The notes under the pieces were generated by a model, which saw only the letters and a list, made by a program, of their open reading frames with translations, was not told the DNA's origin and did not search any database. The position numbers were made by a program, and so were the translations under genes. DNA of 64,000 nucleotides, taken from a virus. The stretch is from positions 1 to 64,000 of IMG/VR virus record IMGVR_UViG_3300027754_005987; one strand, written 5' to 3'. Below, in pieces: positions 18,102 through 28,454 of the stretch. Every line of letters begins with the position of its first letter. Position 1 is the stretch's first letter.

Positions 18102-19274
18102 ATGTTAACATTGAAAAAGATAAAAGAAAAAGATTCAGTAACTCCAGAATGGACACTTATTGAAGAGGAAAAAAGCAACAAGGTTGATGCTTTATTTTCA
18201 TTATATGAAAATGACAAGGCAAAAGCAAAGATTTATTATCATTTAAACAAGGGTCATTTTACAGTAGTTAGGAAATTATTATATGAGTTCCCTAATGGTG
18301 ATTTTAAATTTGTCATTATAAGTAAGACTTATGGTATATCATCAACTAATAAGATGTATAGTAGGGAGAAGACAATAAAATCAATCATGTATAAAAATAA
18401 GAAATTTTATTCTTATGACAATACATATAACAAAGCATTTGTTTGTCCTTTGACATATTATTCGTTACATAATTTTGCCAGTGGTGTTAAACACAATGAA
18501 TTTATCATTGGTTATTTCACTACTAGATTTGGTTGGATTAGATATGTTAGTGAAAATTATTTTTGGTATGTTTCATTTAACACAATAATAAGTAAGAAAT
18601 TATTTAACTTAAAGGCTATGTTACGTTATGTATATAATTGTCCATATCCTATTGCTAAGTTTGTTCACGCTTATGCCATAACAACACCTAATCCTAAAGG
18701 TTATTTATCAGCGTGGAAACAGATGCGCAATAATCTTATTAACATTGAGAATTTATCTGAATCTATGTTTAATAATAATATCTTTCAAGATTCGTGCAAG
18801 ATGGCTCAAATGGTTAGTGAGAAGATAAATTGTTCATGGGGTGAAAAAAGGTTAATTAGTGAACACGATAAATGGAGTAAGATAGTAACAACTGTTTTAT
18901 TAGAGAATGAACCGTTGAAGCATTTAAATGTTAACCCTATATATGTAGAATTTGCTAAACATAGTGGATTAGAATTATTAACTACTAACCATGAATTGAT
19001 TGCAGAAGGAAAGAGAATGAATCATTGTGTTGCAACTTATTCTAATAATGTTGATAATGGTAGTTGCGGTGTATATAAAGCCTTTGGTGGTACATTAGAA
19101 TTGCGTAAGGAAGGGGCTTGTAAGTTATATATTAATCAATACATGAGTTATAATAACACTAAGATGCCTTTGGATGTAGTTAATAAAGTTAAGGATATTG
19201 TTGAAACTTTTAAAGCAGAAAACAGTAGTTATAGTTTTTACCACACAGTAAATGATAATGATTTACCATTTTAA
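18102..19274 (+). CDS. PcfJ-domain protein
   Basis: HD....EL..EGKRMNHCVATY...TLEL...Q....N C-terminal motif; host-type promoter at 18068. Confidence 0.75.
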   Translation: MLTLKKIKEKDSVTPEWTLIEEEKSNKVDALFSLYENDKAKAKIYYHLNKGHFTVVRKLLYEFPNGDFKFVIISKTYGISSTNKMYSREKTIKSIMYKNKKFYSYDNTYNKAFVCPLTYYSLHNFASGVKHNEFIIGYFTTRFGWIRYVSENYFWYVSFNTIISKKLFNLKAMLRYVYNCPYPIAKFVHAYAITTPNPKGYLSAWKQMRNNLINIENLSESMFNNNIFQDSCKMAQMVSEKINCSWGEKRLISEHDKWSKIVTTVLLENEPLKHLNVNPIYVEFAKHSGLELLTTNHELIAEGKRMNHCVATYSNNVDNGSCGVYKAFGGTLELRKEGACKLYINQYMSYNNTKMPLDVVNKVKDIVETFKAENSSYSFYHTVNDNDLPF

Positions 19275-19287
19275 TATATTTATAGAT

Positions 19288-19422
19288 ATGAACAACGACA
19301 TAGAGAGATACCAGTTTTGGGCTTCAGAATTAAATAATAATTCACAGCAGGTTCAAATAACCAAAATTAATGATAACACGGAAATTATTGAAAAATTAAT
19401 TGATTTGGAAGAAGAAGAATAA
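19288..19422 (+). CDS. small acidic hypothetical protein (44 aa)
   Basis: MNNDIERYQFWASE...; not in ORF track; late motif at 19276 and terminator at 19422. Confidence 0.5.
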   Translation: MNNDIERYQFWASELNNNSQQVQITKINDNTEIIEKLIDLEEEE

Positions 19423-19444
19423 AGGGGGGCTTTTGCCCCCTTAT

Positions 19445-21070
19445 TTATTTTAGTTTTTGTCTTGCTTTAGCTTTTGCTATTTTATCAGCTAGTTCTTTTT
19501 GTCTGGCTATAAATTCATCTTTAGATGATTGGTTTATAGATATTTGTTTTTGTTTTTTCTCTGGTAGTTCACCAGTTTCTAAATATTTATCCCATTCAGA
19601 AGGCAGTAATGGTCTACCTAATTTCATTTGTATATCTAATCTAGATTTTCTTCTTTCCAATTTAGGTTTATCTGACATTTTTTCCGCTGATATTTCAGCA
19701 CCTCTTTCGTCAGATGTATAATCACCAAGACTTAAAAAGTCTAATATTTGTCTTTGGAATATAACCAAAGCTTTATTAGCTGCATCATCTGCTGGTGATT
19801 TACCAAATGCACCATTTTCTAAGTTTTTATTACCAGCTTTTACAACACAGTATCTTGCAATATTTTGGAATGTTTTACATGTTCCAACATCTGATGGTTG
19901 AAATCCACCACTTCGTTGTTCCATATCACCAGATGCTTTTATGTGTTTGACCAATAATCTACCATCTTGTTTTATTTCTAATTGATAAAACCCATCACCT
20001 ATATTAGCATTTGTAAAATAATTATCATCATATTGTCTATCATAATCTTTTATTATTTGAGACGCTTTGGATATTTTAGATTTAATATTTGATATTTCTT
20101 TTTCACCAGAAGAAGTTGATAGACTTGTATATTGATGTTGTTTAAGTTCAGGTTTATCACTGTATGGTATAATTCTTTCACGAGCTTCTTTTAATTTTTC
20201 TCGAATTGTTTCTTTCATTATTTCAGTTACGGACATTAAATTATCATATGCTTTAGCTTTAAAGCTATCTAATTGGTCCATAAATGGTGTTCTTCTTAAC
20301 ACTTTAAAAACTAGATTTTCCAATGAGAACTCACCACCTTTTTCTAGGCCAGCGTTTCTCATTTGTTTTATTTTATCTTTAAGCAATTTAGTTTTATCAA
20401 TCACCAATTGATAATCTTCTTGTTTATAATAGTCACGAATATCTTTAAGTTGATTAATGATTTTAGTAGCTTTATCTTTTATTGCTTTTTTATCTATTTT
20501 AAAATTTTCACGTTTAGGTTTAAGTATCCATTCATCATTCATTACTGAATAGATTGCGGTTGCAACTAATTTAGCATTAACATCTTGCACATAAAGTTCA
20601 ACTGGGTATTTAAACACTGTTATATCATGTTCTTGATTCCATATTGTTTTTTTAGCATTGAAGAAGTCTTCAATGATTTTAGCATCAACATCGAAATCAT
20701 TAAAATCCAATACTATATGTAAGTCTATATCTGAAAATTTTGACCAATTAAAATTAGCCAATGAACCTGTAAAGATTATATCTTTTATTTTAATATTTGA
20801 GGGTATTTCTAACCCTTTAAAAAAGTCTTTAGCAATTTGTAATAGTTTTGTTTTAACCTTTGGTGATAGTTTATCATCTTGCCAAATTTCTGGGTTAAGC
20901 GTATCTTTTATTTTAAAGCTATCTAAGACATCTTTAGGTACAACAACATCTTTATGCATGTTAGCATCGATTGTATCGGCTAATGCATCTATTTCATCTA
21001 TAACAACCTTTTTTTTAGGTATAGATGATTCAATTAAAATCTTAGGGTTTATATTATAAAATAGTTTCAT
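19445..21070 (-). CDS. Pol-beta-family nucleotidyltransferase fused to a second domain
   Basis: TGSLANFNWSKFSDIDLHI (GS...DxD), PVELYVQD, GEFSLENLVFKVLRR; internal leader-like MKETIREKLKE. Confidence 0.75.
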   Translation of the reverse strand: MKLFYNINPKILIESSIPKKKVVIDEIDALADTIDANMHKDVVVPKDVLDSFKIKDTLNPEIWQDDKLSPKVKTKLLQIAKDFFKGLEIPSNIKIKDIIFTGSLANFNWSKFSDIDLHIVLDFNDFDVDAKIIEDFFNAKKTIWNQEHDITVFKYPVELYVQDVNAKLVATAIYSVMNDEWILKPKRENFKIDKKAIKDKATKIINQLKDIRDYYKQEDYQLVIDKTKLLKDKIKQMRNAGLEKGGEFSLENLVFKVLRRTPFMDQLDSFKAKAYDNLMSVTEIMKETIREKLKEARERIIPYSDKPELKQHQYTSLSTSSGEKEISNIKSKISKASQIIKDYDRQYDDNYFTNANIGDGFYQLEIKQDGRLLVKHIKASGDMEQRSGGFQPSDVGTCKTFQNIARYCVVKAGNKNLENGAFGKSPADDAANKALVIFQRQILDFLSLGDYTSDERGAEISAEKMSDKPKLERRKSRLDIQMKLGRPLLPSEWDKYLETGELPEKKQKQISINQSSKDEFIARQKELADKIAKAKARQKLK

Positions 21071-21209
21071 TAATTTTTTATTATAAATATTTGAGTTTAC
21101 ACTAAAACTGGCAATACTTAAAAAAATTAATGATGTTGTTGGTATTATAAATAATAATTTGTTAACACTTTGTTAATATGTGACTTATTTGCTTGTTGTA
21201 TTTATTTAT

Positions 21210-21914
21210 ATGGGAATTAAGCTATCAATTATAATACCTTGCAAAAATGAGGAGAAATACATAGGGAAGTTATTAGATTCTTTGGTTAAACAAGAGTTAC
21301 AAAATAATGTTGAGATAATAATATCTGACGCAAATTCAACTGACAATACTTTAAATATAATATCTAAATATTATAATATTTTACCTAATTTAAAAGTGAT
21401 TGAGGGTGGTTTACCGTCTTATGGTAGAAACGTTGGTGCAATTGAATCATGTGGTGATGTGTTATTATTCTTAGATTCTGATTGTTATTTTAAAGATAAT
21501 AGTTTAATTAAAAAATCTTTACGCAGGTTTAAAAAGTTTAACGCTGATATTCTAGGTTGTTTATTAAACATTGAAAATAATATTGGCGTTAAATTAATTT
21601 ATTCTTTATGTAACTTAACATTTTATTTATCTAAATTAGATAAGCCATTTGTTGTTGGTACTTACATGATGATAAAAAGAGATATATTTTTTAAGGTTGG
21701 TGGGTTTGATGAGAGCTTGATGCATTGTGAAGATTATTTTTTGAGCAAACAAATTGATAGGGATAAGTATATAATTCAAAATAGTTTTGTTTACACTGAT
21801 GATAGAAGGTTTAAAAAAACTGGTTTGATTAGCATGGTTAAATATTTCATAAAGAACACGATTATGAAAAATAATATAGAATATTTTAAAAAAGACATAG
21901 GTTATTGGATATGA
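21210..21914 (+). CDS. family 2 glycosyltransferase
   Basis: LSIIIPCKNEE, D.NSTDNT, GRN.G, FLDSD, GGFDE...ED. Confidence 0.9.
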   Translation: MGIKLSIIIPCKNEEKYIGKLLDSLVKQELQNNVEIIISDANSTDNTLNIISKYYNILPNLKVIEGGLPSYGRNVGAIESCGDVLLFLDSDCYFKDNSLIKKSLRRFKKFNADILGCLLNIENNIGVKLIYSLCNLTFYLSKLDKPFVVGTYMMIKRDIFFKVGGFDESLMHCEDYFLSKQIDRDKYIIQNSFVYTDDRRFKKTGLISMVKYFIKNTIMKNNIEYFKKDIGYWI

Positions 21915-22630
21915 TGTATAGAACGGTAATAATTTCTGATTTACATTTAGGGTCAAAATACTCTAGAGCTAAAGAGGTTTCTGAATTTTTGGATAAGACT
22001 AAGTGCGAAACACTTATATTAAATGGTGATATTATTGATGGTTGGGCGTTAAAACGTGGTAATAGTTGGACCGAAGACCATATGAGATGTATTAGGAAGA
22101 TACTTAAAAAATCATATAAGTCTAAAGTTTACTGGATTAGAGGCAATCATGATGATTTTTTATATGGTTTTATGCCATTCAAGTTAGGTAATATAACAAT
22201 AAAAGAGAGTATTGATTATTATGGTTTTAATGGTAAGAAGTATTTAGTTTTACATGGTGATATTTTTGACGTTTTCGTTAACAATATGAAATGGTTAGCT
22301 AAGATTGGTTCAATTGGTTATGATTTCACACTTTGGTTGAATAAATGGTATAATAAGTACAGAGCTTATATGGGGTTAGAATATTTTTCATTATCTCAAA
22401 AAATTAAAAACTCTGTTAAATCAGCAACAAATTTTATTGGTGATTTTGAAAATCATATGGTTAATCACGCCAAAACTTTAAATTGTGATGGTGTTATTTG
22501 TGGACATATACATAAGGCAGAAATTAGAAATATTGACAATATAGAATATATGAATTCTGGTGATTGGGTTGAATCAAACACTGCATTGGTTGAAGATTTA
22601 TTGGGTAATTGGTCTCTTATTTCTTTTTAG
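21905..22630 (+). CDS. UDP-2,3-diacylglucosamine diphosphatase-like metallophosphoesterase
   Basis: SDLHLG, GDIID, GNHD, HGD, CGHIH, NSGDWVE. Confidence 0.85.
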   Translation: MDMMYRTVIISDLHLGSKYSRAKEVSEFLDKTKCETLILNGDIIDGWALKRGNSWTEDHMRCIRKILKKSYKSKVYWIRGNHDDFLYGFMPFKLGNITIKESIDYYGFNGKKYLVLHGDIFDVFVNNMKWLAKIGSIGYDFTLWLNKWYNKYRAYMGLEYFSLSQKIKNSVKSATNFIGDFENHMVNHAKTLNCDGVICGHIHKAEIRNIDNIEYMNSGDWVESNTALVEDLLGNWSLISF

Positions 22631-23249
22631 CTGGTCTTTTATTAGATGGTTTTTTAGGTTTTAACGCTTTGCTAATTTTAGCTTTAGGGTGTATTTTTTT
22701 AGCCTCGCCTTCTACTTTTTTCTTTTTAGGTTTCTTTTTATATTTTTTAACCTTAAAGACTCGTTTTTTATCCAAGTTAATAGATAAGTTATAAGGCTCT
22801 TTATTAAGTATAGATAGGTCTAACAACCATTCATGTTTAGAACGTGCTTTCTGAAGCTCAAATGAGCTTGTAACGTGTTCTGTTACTTGTTCCTGTGTCC
22901 ATTTATTTATCTTAGCCAGTTGTTGAAAACAAATTATTTGTTTACCAATAGCGATTGCTCTACCAATATGTTTTACTTGATGACAAATAGGGCACAATGA
23001 TATAAGTCCAATAAGTTTTTGAACATGATTTTGGTCATCATATTCCCATATTTCATGACATTCTACATTATGTTTATATCCTTGATTTTTACCTATATCA
23101 TTACATATTTCGCATTTATCATTAGCTTTTTCATATGATATGCGTCTAATTTTATCCCATTCTTTAGGTTTTACAGTTGTTCTAACATTGCTATTAAAAC
23201 AGGTACTTGGTATTAGTTCTACGGTTAATTTTGGTTTATTTGTTTTCAT
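22617..23249 (-). CDS. HNH-type nuclease with basic tail
   Basis: CEIC...ECHEIW...LCPICHQVKH; paralog of 63178-63669. Confidence 0.75.
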   Translation of the reverse strand: MKTNKPKLTVELIPSTCFNSNVRTTVKPKEWDKIRRISYEKANDKCEICNDIGKNQGYKHNVECHEIWEYDDQNHVQKLIGLISLCPICHQVKHIGRAIAIGKQIICFQQLAKINKWTQEQVTEHVTSSFELQKARSKHEWLLDLSILNKEPYNLSINLDKKRVFKVKKYKKKPKKKKVEGEAKKIHPKAKISKALKPKKPSNKRPAKKK

Positions 23250-23255
23250 TAATAA

Positions 23256-23774
23256 TTAATATGGCCACTCATATGATACATCAACCACTTTAAAATGATT
23301 TATCACATTATTTCTAGGTATTACATAACCTTTTGTTTCACTACCTTCATCACCAACATTTTTATCTTTGAATTCAAAGTTATTATTAGCGATTAATTTT
23401 TTAAGTTTACTAGTTGGTATAATCCAAGCTTGTTTAAGTAATGGATAGTAATAAACATATATATCTGATTTAGTTATTGTAATACCAGAATCTTTACCTC
23501 TACATTCTGTTTCGATAAACATATTTCCACTATCACGACCTTTAACTTTTAATTGTCCAAACGGTGTTGATATTTCTTTATCAGGAATACAATACACATC
23601 TGTTTTAACTTCAACAGTTTTTTCTTGGTTATTTATTATGGTTTTAAAATCATGTTTATTATTATGATTAAAAGAGATAATTTGAAAACCATAGTTTGTT
23701 TTTAAGAACTCAGCGATTATCTCTTCACCTTTTTGTCCTAGTGGTAAGTCTGTTTTAAAATTTAAATTTGCCAT
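23256..23774 (-). CDS. PD-(D/E)xK nuclease-like protein
   Basis: G..GE...HDF...VEVKTD...GNMFIE. Confidence 0.65.
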   Translation of the reverse strand: MANLNFKTDLPLGQKGEEIIAEFLKTNYGFQIISFNHNNKHDFKTIINNQEKTVEVKTDVYCIPDKEISTPFGQLKVKGRDSGNMFIETECRGKDSGITITKSDIYVYYYPLLKQAWIIPTSKLKKLIANNNFEFKDKNVGDEGSETKGYVIPRNNVINHFKVVDVSYEWPY

Positions 23775-23860
23775 AGTAAAATATACCACAAATAAATATA
23801 AAAAGCAATATTTGTTATATTAAAAATAAATTTATATATTTGCGGTATAAATTATGAACT

Positions 23861-24448
23861 ATGAGAATTTTATTATTACTATTAGTTATTTTATCTTTTG
23901 GGTGTCAAAAGGAATATCCATATCCTTCAAAAGAATATAAAAACGTATTACCAACTTCTGGTGGTTATGATACAACAAAATTACTTAGTAGATGGGGTAA
24001 GTTTGTGATTATTGACGCAATTATGTATGTTGACAATCATGAGACTGGTGAGACGGTTAAATTTAACCATTTTGGTTTACATAAAGATGAATCAAGTCTT
24101 AGATGGGGTGGTAGTATTTTTGACATAGAGACTATAGTAAAAGATAAAACAACATATTCATTTTGGCCAACATTAACTGGTGGTAATGGTATGGGTAGAT
24201 TTGTATTGAATGATGATACAACTAAATATTATATGATTAATTATATGGGTCAAAACACTAGCATTATAGAAGACCCAATACATGGTCAACAAAATCTAGG
24301 TGGTTCAGCTAGACCATTTTTTGGTAAGACTATTAGTAAAGCTGATAACATTATATCTATTGAAATACAACACATGGAAGGTAGTATTTACGGATACAAT
24401 TGTCATTATTGGACAGAATTGAAGCTTAAGAAAATAGAAGTTTGGTAA
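23861..24448 (+). CDS. putative lipoprotein
   Basis: MRILLLLLVILSFGC lipobox-like signal peptide; host-type promoter at 23835. Confidence 0.7.
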   Translation: MRILLLLLVILSFGCQKEYPYPSKEYKNVLPTSGGYDTTKLLSRWGKFVIIDAIMYVDNHETGETVKFNHFGLHKDESSLRWGGSIFDIETIVKDKTTYSFWPTLTGGNGMGRFVLNDDTTKYYMINYMGQNTSIIEDPIHGQQNLGGSARPFFGKTISKADNIISIEIQHMEGSIYGYNCHYWTELKLKKIEVW

Positions 24449-24706
24449 TTATTTTGTATGTAAGTAGCTATTAACTATATATGTGCTTGTTTCATCATCA
24501 CAAGAAAAAAGTAATTTAATTAAGTCAATTAATTTATATTTAATTATTAATTCTTGAGAATTGTCACCTAGTAGATACGATTTACCATCATCAAACATAA
24601 TACCTCGTCTAAAACGCATATTATGTTTAATTCTTGAAACATGATAATTTTTTTCAAGAAATTTAATCATCATATTTTTATCTATGTCGGTAAGCATTAA
24701 AAACAT
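24449..24706 (-). CDS. hypothetical protein
   Basis: 85-aa ORF. Confidence 0.6.
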   Translation of the reverse strand: MFLMLTDIDKNMMIKFLEKNYHVSRIKHNMRFRRGIMFDDGKSYLLGDNSQELIIKYKLIDLIKLLFSCDDETSTYIVNSYLHTK

Positions 24707-24822
24707 ATACTATCACCAATATGATTATCCCATTCATCTTCGGCAATAATCGTTGGTGTTATAATTTTATCTTCATCCATTGTAATCATTTTAACTATAA
24801 ATACAACCAAAAAATAATAAAA

Positions 24823-25134
24823 ATGAATAAATTTGAAAATTTTATTTACTTGAGTATCTGTGATATAACTATGTCAATGTTTAAAAAAACAAAATTTATG
24901 ACATATATTAATTATTGCAGGAGTATGCACGATTCAATAATAAATAATAATTTATCAAAAATAGAGCGTGATAATTTAATTGCTATAGTAAATCATTTGA
25001 AATTATTATATAATTTAGGTGATGATGAGATTATTAATCATATCACTAATTATTTTATTTCTGATAAGGTTGTTGAAATGCAGAAGATAATAATGTTGAC
25101 AAAAGAAATTTTTCCAATAACTGGAGATGTATAG
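24823..25134 (+). CDS. hypothetical protein
   Basis: Likely start MNKFEN after A-rich leader. Confidence 0.55.
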   Translation: MNKFENFIYLSICDITMSMFKKTKFMTYINYCRSMHDSIINNNLSKIERDNLIAIVNHLKLLYNLGDDEIINHITNYFISDKVVEMQKIIMLTKEIFPITGDV

Positions 25135-25136
25135 AT

Positions 25137-25388
25137 TTAATAAATTGATTTTATCTTTATTTCATTATTAATATATTGTTTCTTTTTATTTTCTAAGAAC
25201 ATATTAGTAATTGACTTTAAGTAACTTATCTCAAACGGTGGTGAAAATACTTGTTTAACATTTTCCATGATTTTATCAATGACTATTTTATTATTTTTAG
25301 AGTTACTAGAACAGTAAAGATATATAGCAATGCAATCGTCTGGGTACTCTCTATTAAGATATTTTAAAATAATTATCGAATCTTTCAT
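25137..25388 (-). CDS. hypothetical protein
   Basis: 83-aa ORF. Confidence 0.6.
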   Translation of the reverse strand: MKDSIIILKYLNREYPDDCIAIYLYCSSNSKNNKIVIDKIMENVKQVFSPPFEISYLKSITNMFLENKKKQYINNEIKIKSIY

Positions 25389-25453
25389 TTAAATTTATAA
25401 AGTATATCGTATATTTATAATTACAATAATAACAAATTAAAAAAAAACAGTAA

Positions 25454-25771
25454 ATGGCATTAGAAGTAACAGATGTAAACATATCAAAAGTTTTAGAAGA
25501 AAAAGAATTAACAGTGTTAGATTTTTGGGCTGAATGGTGTGGCCCCTGTAAAATGTTAGGTCCAGTGATTGATTCATTATCACTAGATGAAGAAAACAAA
25601 GACATAACAATTGGTAAGGTTAATGTTGACCATAATAACATATCGGCAAATAAATATGAAGTTAGAAGCATACCTACTATTTTGTTTTTAAAAAATGGTG
25701 AAGTTGTTGATAAAATGGTTGGTTATAAATCTAAACAAGAATTACAAAATAAGATAAATTCGTTGAAATAA
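25454..25771 (+). CDS. trxA: thioredoxin
   Basis: DFWAEWCGPCK, KVNVD, VRSIPT. Confidence 0.95.
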   Translation: MALEVTDVNISKVLEEKELTVLDFWAEWCGPCKMLGPVIDSLSLDEENKDITIGKVNVDHNNISANKYEVRSIPTILFLKNGEVVDKMVGYKSKQELQNKINSLK

Positions 25772-25804
25772 TAACTAATCTTTATTTCCATAATATTTAT
25801 AGAC

Positions 25805-26146
25805 ATGAAAAATAAATTAATTATCACAGAATCACAATTACAAACTTTAAAGGTTATACTATCTGAGAGTACAGGTTATTCTATTATGGTAAAACGCATA
25901 AAAGAAGAATTGGATGCTAATTATCAAGTTGTTGATAAATTTGTTAAAGAAGGTGGTGAGTATAGTTCACAACCTATGTTTATGGTTAAAGTTGATGAAG
26001 AGGTTATTACACCTAAAGATTTATGTGAATATCTGAAATATAAACATAAAGTTAGTGAAAAATTCATCAAACAAGTAATTAAAGATTGGGTAGATAAAAA
26101 GATTGATGACAATTACCTTTTATCTAAACATGTACCTTTGAAATGA
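25805..26146 (+). CDS. leader-type hypothetical protein
   Basis: MKNKLIITESQL...ILSE start; late motif at 25793. Confidence 0.75.
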   Translation: MKNKLIITESQLQTLKVILSESTGYSIMVKRIKEELDANYQVVDKFVKEGGEYSSQPMFMVKVDEEVITPKDLCEYLKYKHKVSEKFIKQVIKDWVDKKIDDNYLLSKHVPLK

Positions 26147-26147
26147 T

Positions 26148-26468
26148 ATGGACATCAAAACAAAAATAAGAGAATCATTACGAGAACAGTATGGTGATTT
26201 CGAAACTAATTTAGAACACGAATATGAAACTAAATTAACTGAAAATCTTGTTGTTGGTGATATAGAAAAAAAGAGAGCTTGGTTGACATACAACCAAGTT
26301 ATCTTAGAATTAAAACACGCATTAAAAAATACACTTAAAGTTAGAGAACTACAATACAGACTAACTGATGATTCAAACCCAAATGAAGTGTGTATTTCAG
26401 TAATGGAAGATATAAAAAACCAAACCGCTGAGTTAGAGCGACTTTACATTAAAATAACCAATTTTTAA
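26148..26468 (+). CDS. leader-type hypothetical protein (YRLTD family)
   Basis: IKTKIRESLRE; W.TYN..I.EL...YRLTD..NPN shared with 26595. Confidence 0.75.
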   Translation: MDIKTKIRESLREQYGDFETNLEHEYETKLTENLVVGDIEKKRAWLTYNQVILELKHALKNTLKVRELQYRLTDDSNPNEVCISVMEDIKNQTAELERLYIKITNF

Positions 26469-26594
26469 TATATAATTAACTGTAAATCAGTTAATTATAA
26501 TCTTAAAATTTATTTAAAAATTATAAAAATTATTAGTTTATTTGGTGGTTAAATGATATTTATTGATAAATAACATTTAATTTAAAACACACCT

Positions 26595-26936
26595 ATGAAA
26601 GCTAATAATTTTTTATTTAAAGCTGGGCAAGGTAAGACAACTTTACTGGATAAGGCATATCAAAGACATATAAAAACGATAATTGATACATTGGATGAAG
26701 AGAAAGAGTGCAGGTGGGAAACATACAATTTGATAATTCAAGAATTGATAAATGAAGGAAGTGGTGATTATTTTAATGAAATTAAATATAGATTAACAGA
26801 TGGTGAAGACCCTAATATGGTAATGTTAGATATTATTGATAGAGAAAGTGATAATATAAATGGGTTGATTTGGTTTTTAAAAAGAAGGGTTGAGGAATAT
26901 ATTGAAGATGATTATATCAGAAGATTTTACGAATAA
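26595..26936 (+). CDS. hypothetical protein (YRLTD family paralog)
   Basis: WETYNLIIQEL...EIKYRLTDGEDPN. Confidence 0.75.
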   Translation: MKANNFLFKAGQGKTTLLDKAYQRHIKTIIDTLDEEKECRWETYNLIIQELINEGSGDYFNEIKYRLTDGEDPNMVMLDIIDRESDNINGLIWFLKRRVEEYIEDDYIRRFYE

Positions 26937-26990
26937 TATCTTGATTAGAATCTTATTTTTTGGTATATTTGCAGTTAAATACTAAACGAC

Positions 26991-28403
26991 ATGAATAGTA
27001 AAAAAGTTATTGATAGATTAACGTACTTAGCTGAACAATTTGATGTTTTTGAATATTCTGATGAAAAGGGATTGATAAAAAAAACGGATAAGTTATCTGA
27101 TTCTGGTTTAACAACAAAGTTAATCACTTCAGGTAATGGCGTTATTTTGGGTATTTTATCTACCAAGACTAATGAAAAGGATAGATTATCAAAAGTTGTT
27201 AGTATATCTTCTGATGTGTTTAACAATATGGTTTTGGCTGACCCAACAGATAATAAGATATATTTGCAATGGATGTTGACACTATTCACTCGTTTTATTA
27301 AAGAAGGTAGTGATAATAGCATAAAATCAGCAATACGTTTTGTTAATGAAGATTTACCTCAAGCTAAAGCATATTTAACCTTATTTGAGGATAACAAACG
27401 AAAGAAAAAATTCATTGATTTATGTAAAGCTAGTTATAGTTTAATTAGTGTAAAAGACCCAACTAATATAAATCAATATAAATCATTAGCTCAATTATTT
27501 GATTCGGTAGACCCTTTCATTGAAAAAGAACCAAGTGCCGTTGAACGAACATTATATAAGTTTGTAGAATCTGGTCAAGCAATTATACCATTAAAGGATA
27601 GAAAGTTTACATTATATATACCTAAAACAACAGCCGCTAGTATTGTTTTTTCTAACTACACAAATTGGTGTACCGCTAAAGAAGGTAATGGTATGTTTAA
27701 TATCTACACTAAAAATAACTTAAAACCTAACGGTAAAAAATCAGACATTTATATTATAATAAACAATAAATTTTTTACTGGTGAAAGTAAAGAATTGTAC
27801 CAAGTACACTTTGAAACTGAGCAATTAAAAGATTACACGAATGGTCAAAATGTTAGCATTTTTGAAAGCGTATTAAAGGAAAGTGATGGGATATCTAATT
27901 TCTTTTATATGGAACTTATGGCTATGGCCAAAGCATATAAAAAAGGAATTGACAATAACATTTATTTAGATTATTTAATTCAATTTGGATTTGCTGATAC
28001 CTTGTTTAATTTAATTGATGATAACACACCTGAAATAAAATTCATGGTTAGAGAGATACCTAGATTACCAGACATAAGTAGATTTAAAATGGTTGACCAA
28101 CTTATAATAACAAATGCAAAGATGGTTGATTTACACCCATCAATTGGTTCATTGAATAATTTAGAAATGTTAATATTGACAGGTAATCGCATAAAATCAT
28201 TACCTAAAGAAATTGGTAATTTAAAAAATTTGATATTTTTAAATTTAGTTGGTAACCCTATAAATGATATTCCAGAAGAAATAAAATACTTAGATAAAAC
28301 CAATGGTGGGTCATTACATAGGTTAGGTGTAAGCAAAGAAACCATAAGCGAGGCTAATTATAATAGATTAAAAGAATTATTACCAACAACTATAATAAGT
28401 TAA
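26991..28403 (+). CDS. PcfJ-like (WCT) domain + leucine-rich-repeat protein
   Basis: ADPT..K.YLQW, DPTNINQYKSL, TNWCTA...F..Y, YQVHF; C-terminal LxxLxLxxNxIxxLPxEIGxL repeats. Confidence 0.8.
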   Translation: MNSKKVIDRLTYLAEQFDVFEYSDEKGLIKKTDKLSDSGLTTKLITSGNGVILGILSTKTNEKDRLSKVVSISSDVFNNMVLADPTDNKIYLQWMLTLFTRFIKEGSDNSIKSAIRFVNEDLPQAKAYLTLFEDNKRKKKFIDLCKASYSLISVKDPTNINQYKSLAQLFDSVDPFIEKEPSAVERTLYKFVESGQAIIPLKDRKFTLYIPKTTAASIVFSNYTNWCTAKEGNGMFNIYTKNNLKPNGKKSDIYIIINNKFFTGESKELYQVHFETEQLKDYTNGQNVSIFESVLKESDGISNFFYMELMAMAKAYKKGIDNNIYLDYLIQFGFADTLFNLIDDNTPEIKFMVREIPRLPDISRFKMVDQLIITNAKMVDLHPSIGSLNNLEMLILTGNRIKSLPKEIGNLKNLIFLNLVGNPINDIPEEIKYLDKTNGGSLHRLGVSKETISEANYNRLKELLPTTIIS

Positions 28404-28454
28404 TACTATTGTTTTTTAGAATAGTTTAATTATATTTATAATAAAAATAAACTT

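Noticed and set aside
26595-26660. P-loop NTPase call from AGQGKTT in ORF 26595
   Set aside because: The protein is 113 aa, lacks the preceding Gly spacing and a Walker B context, and its paralog 26148 lacks the motif.
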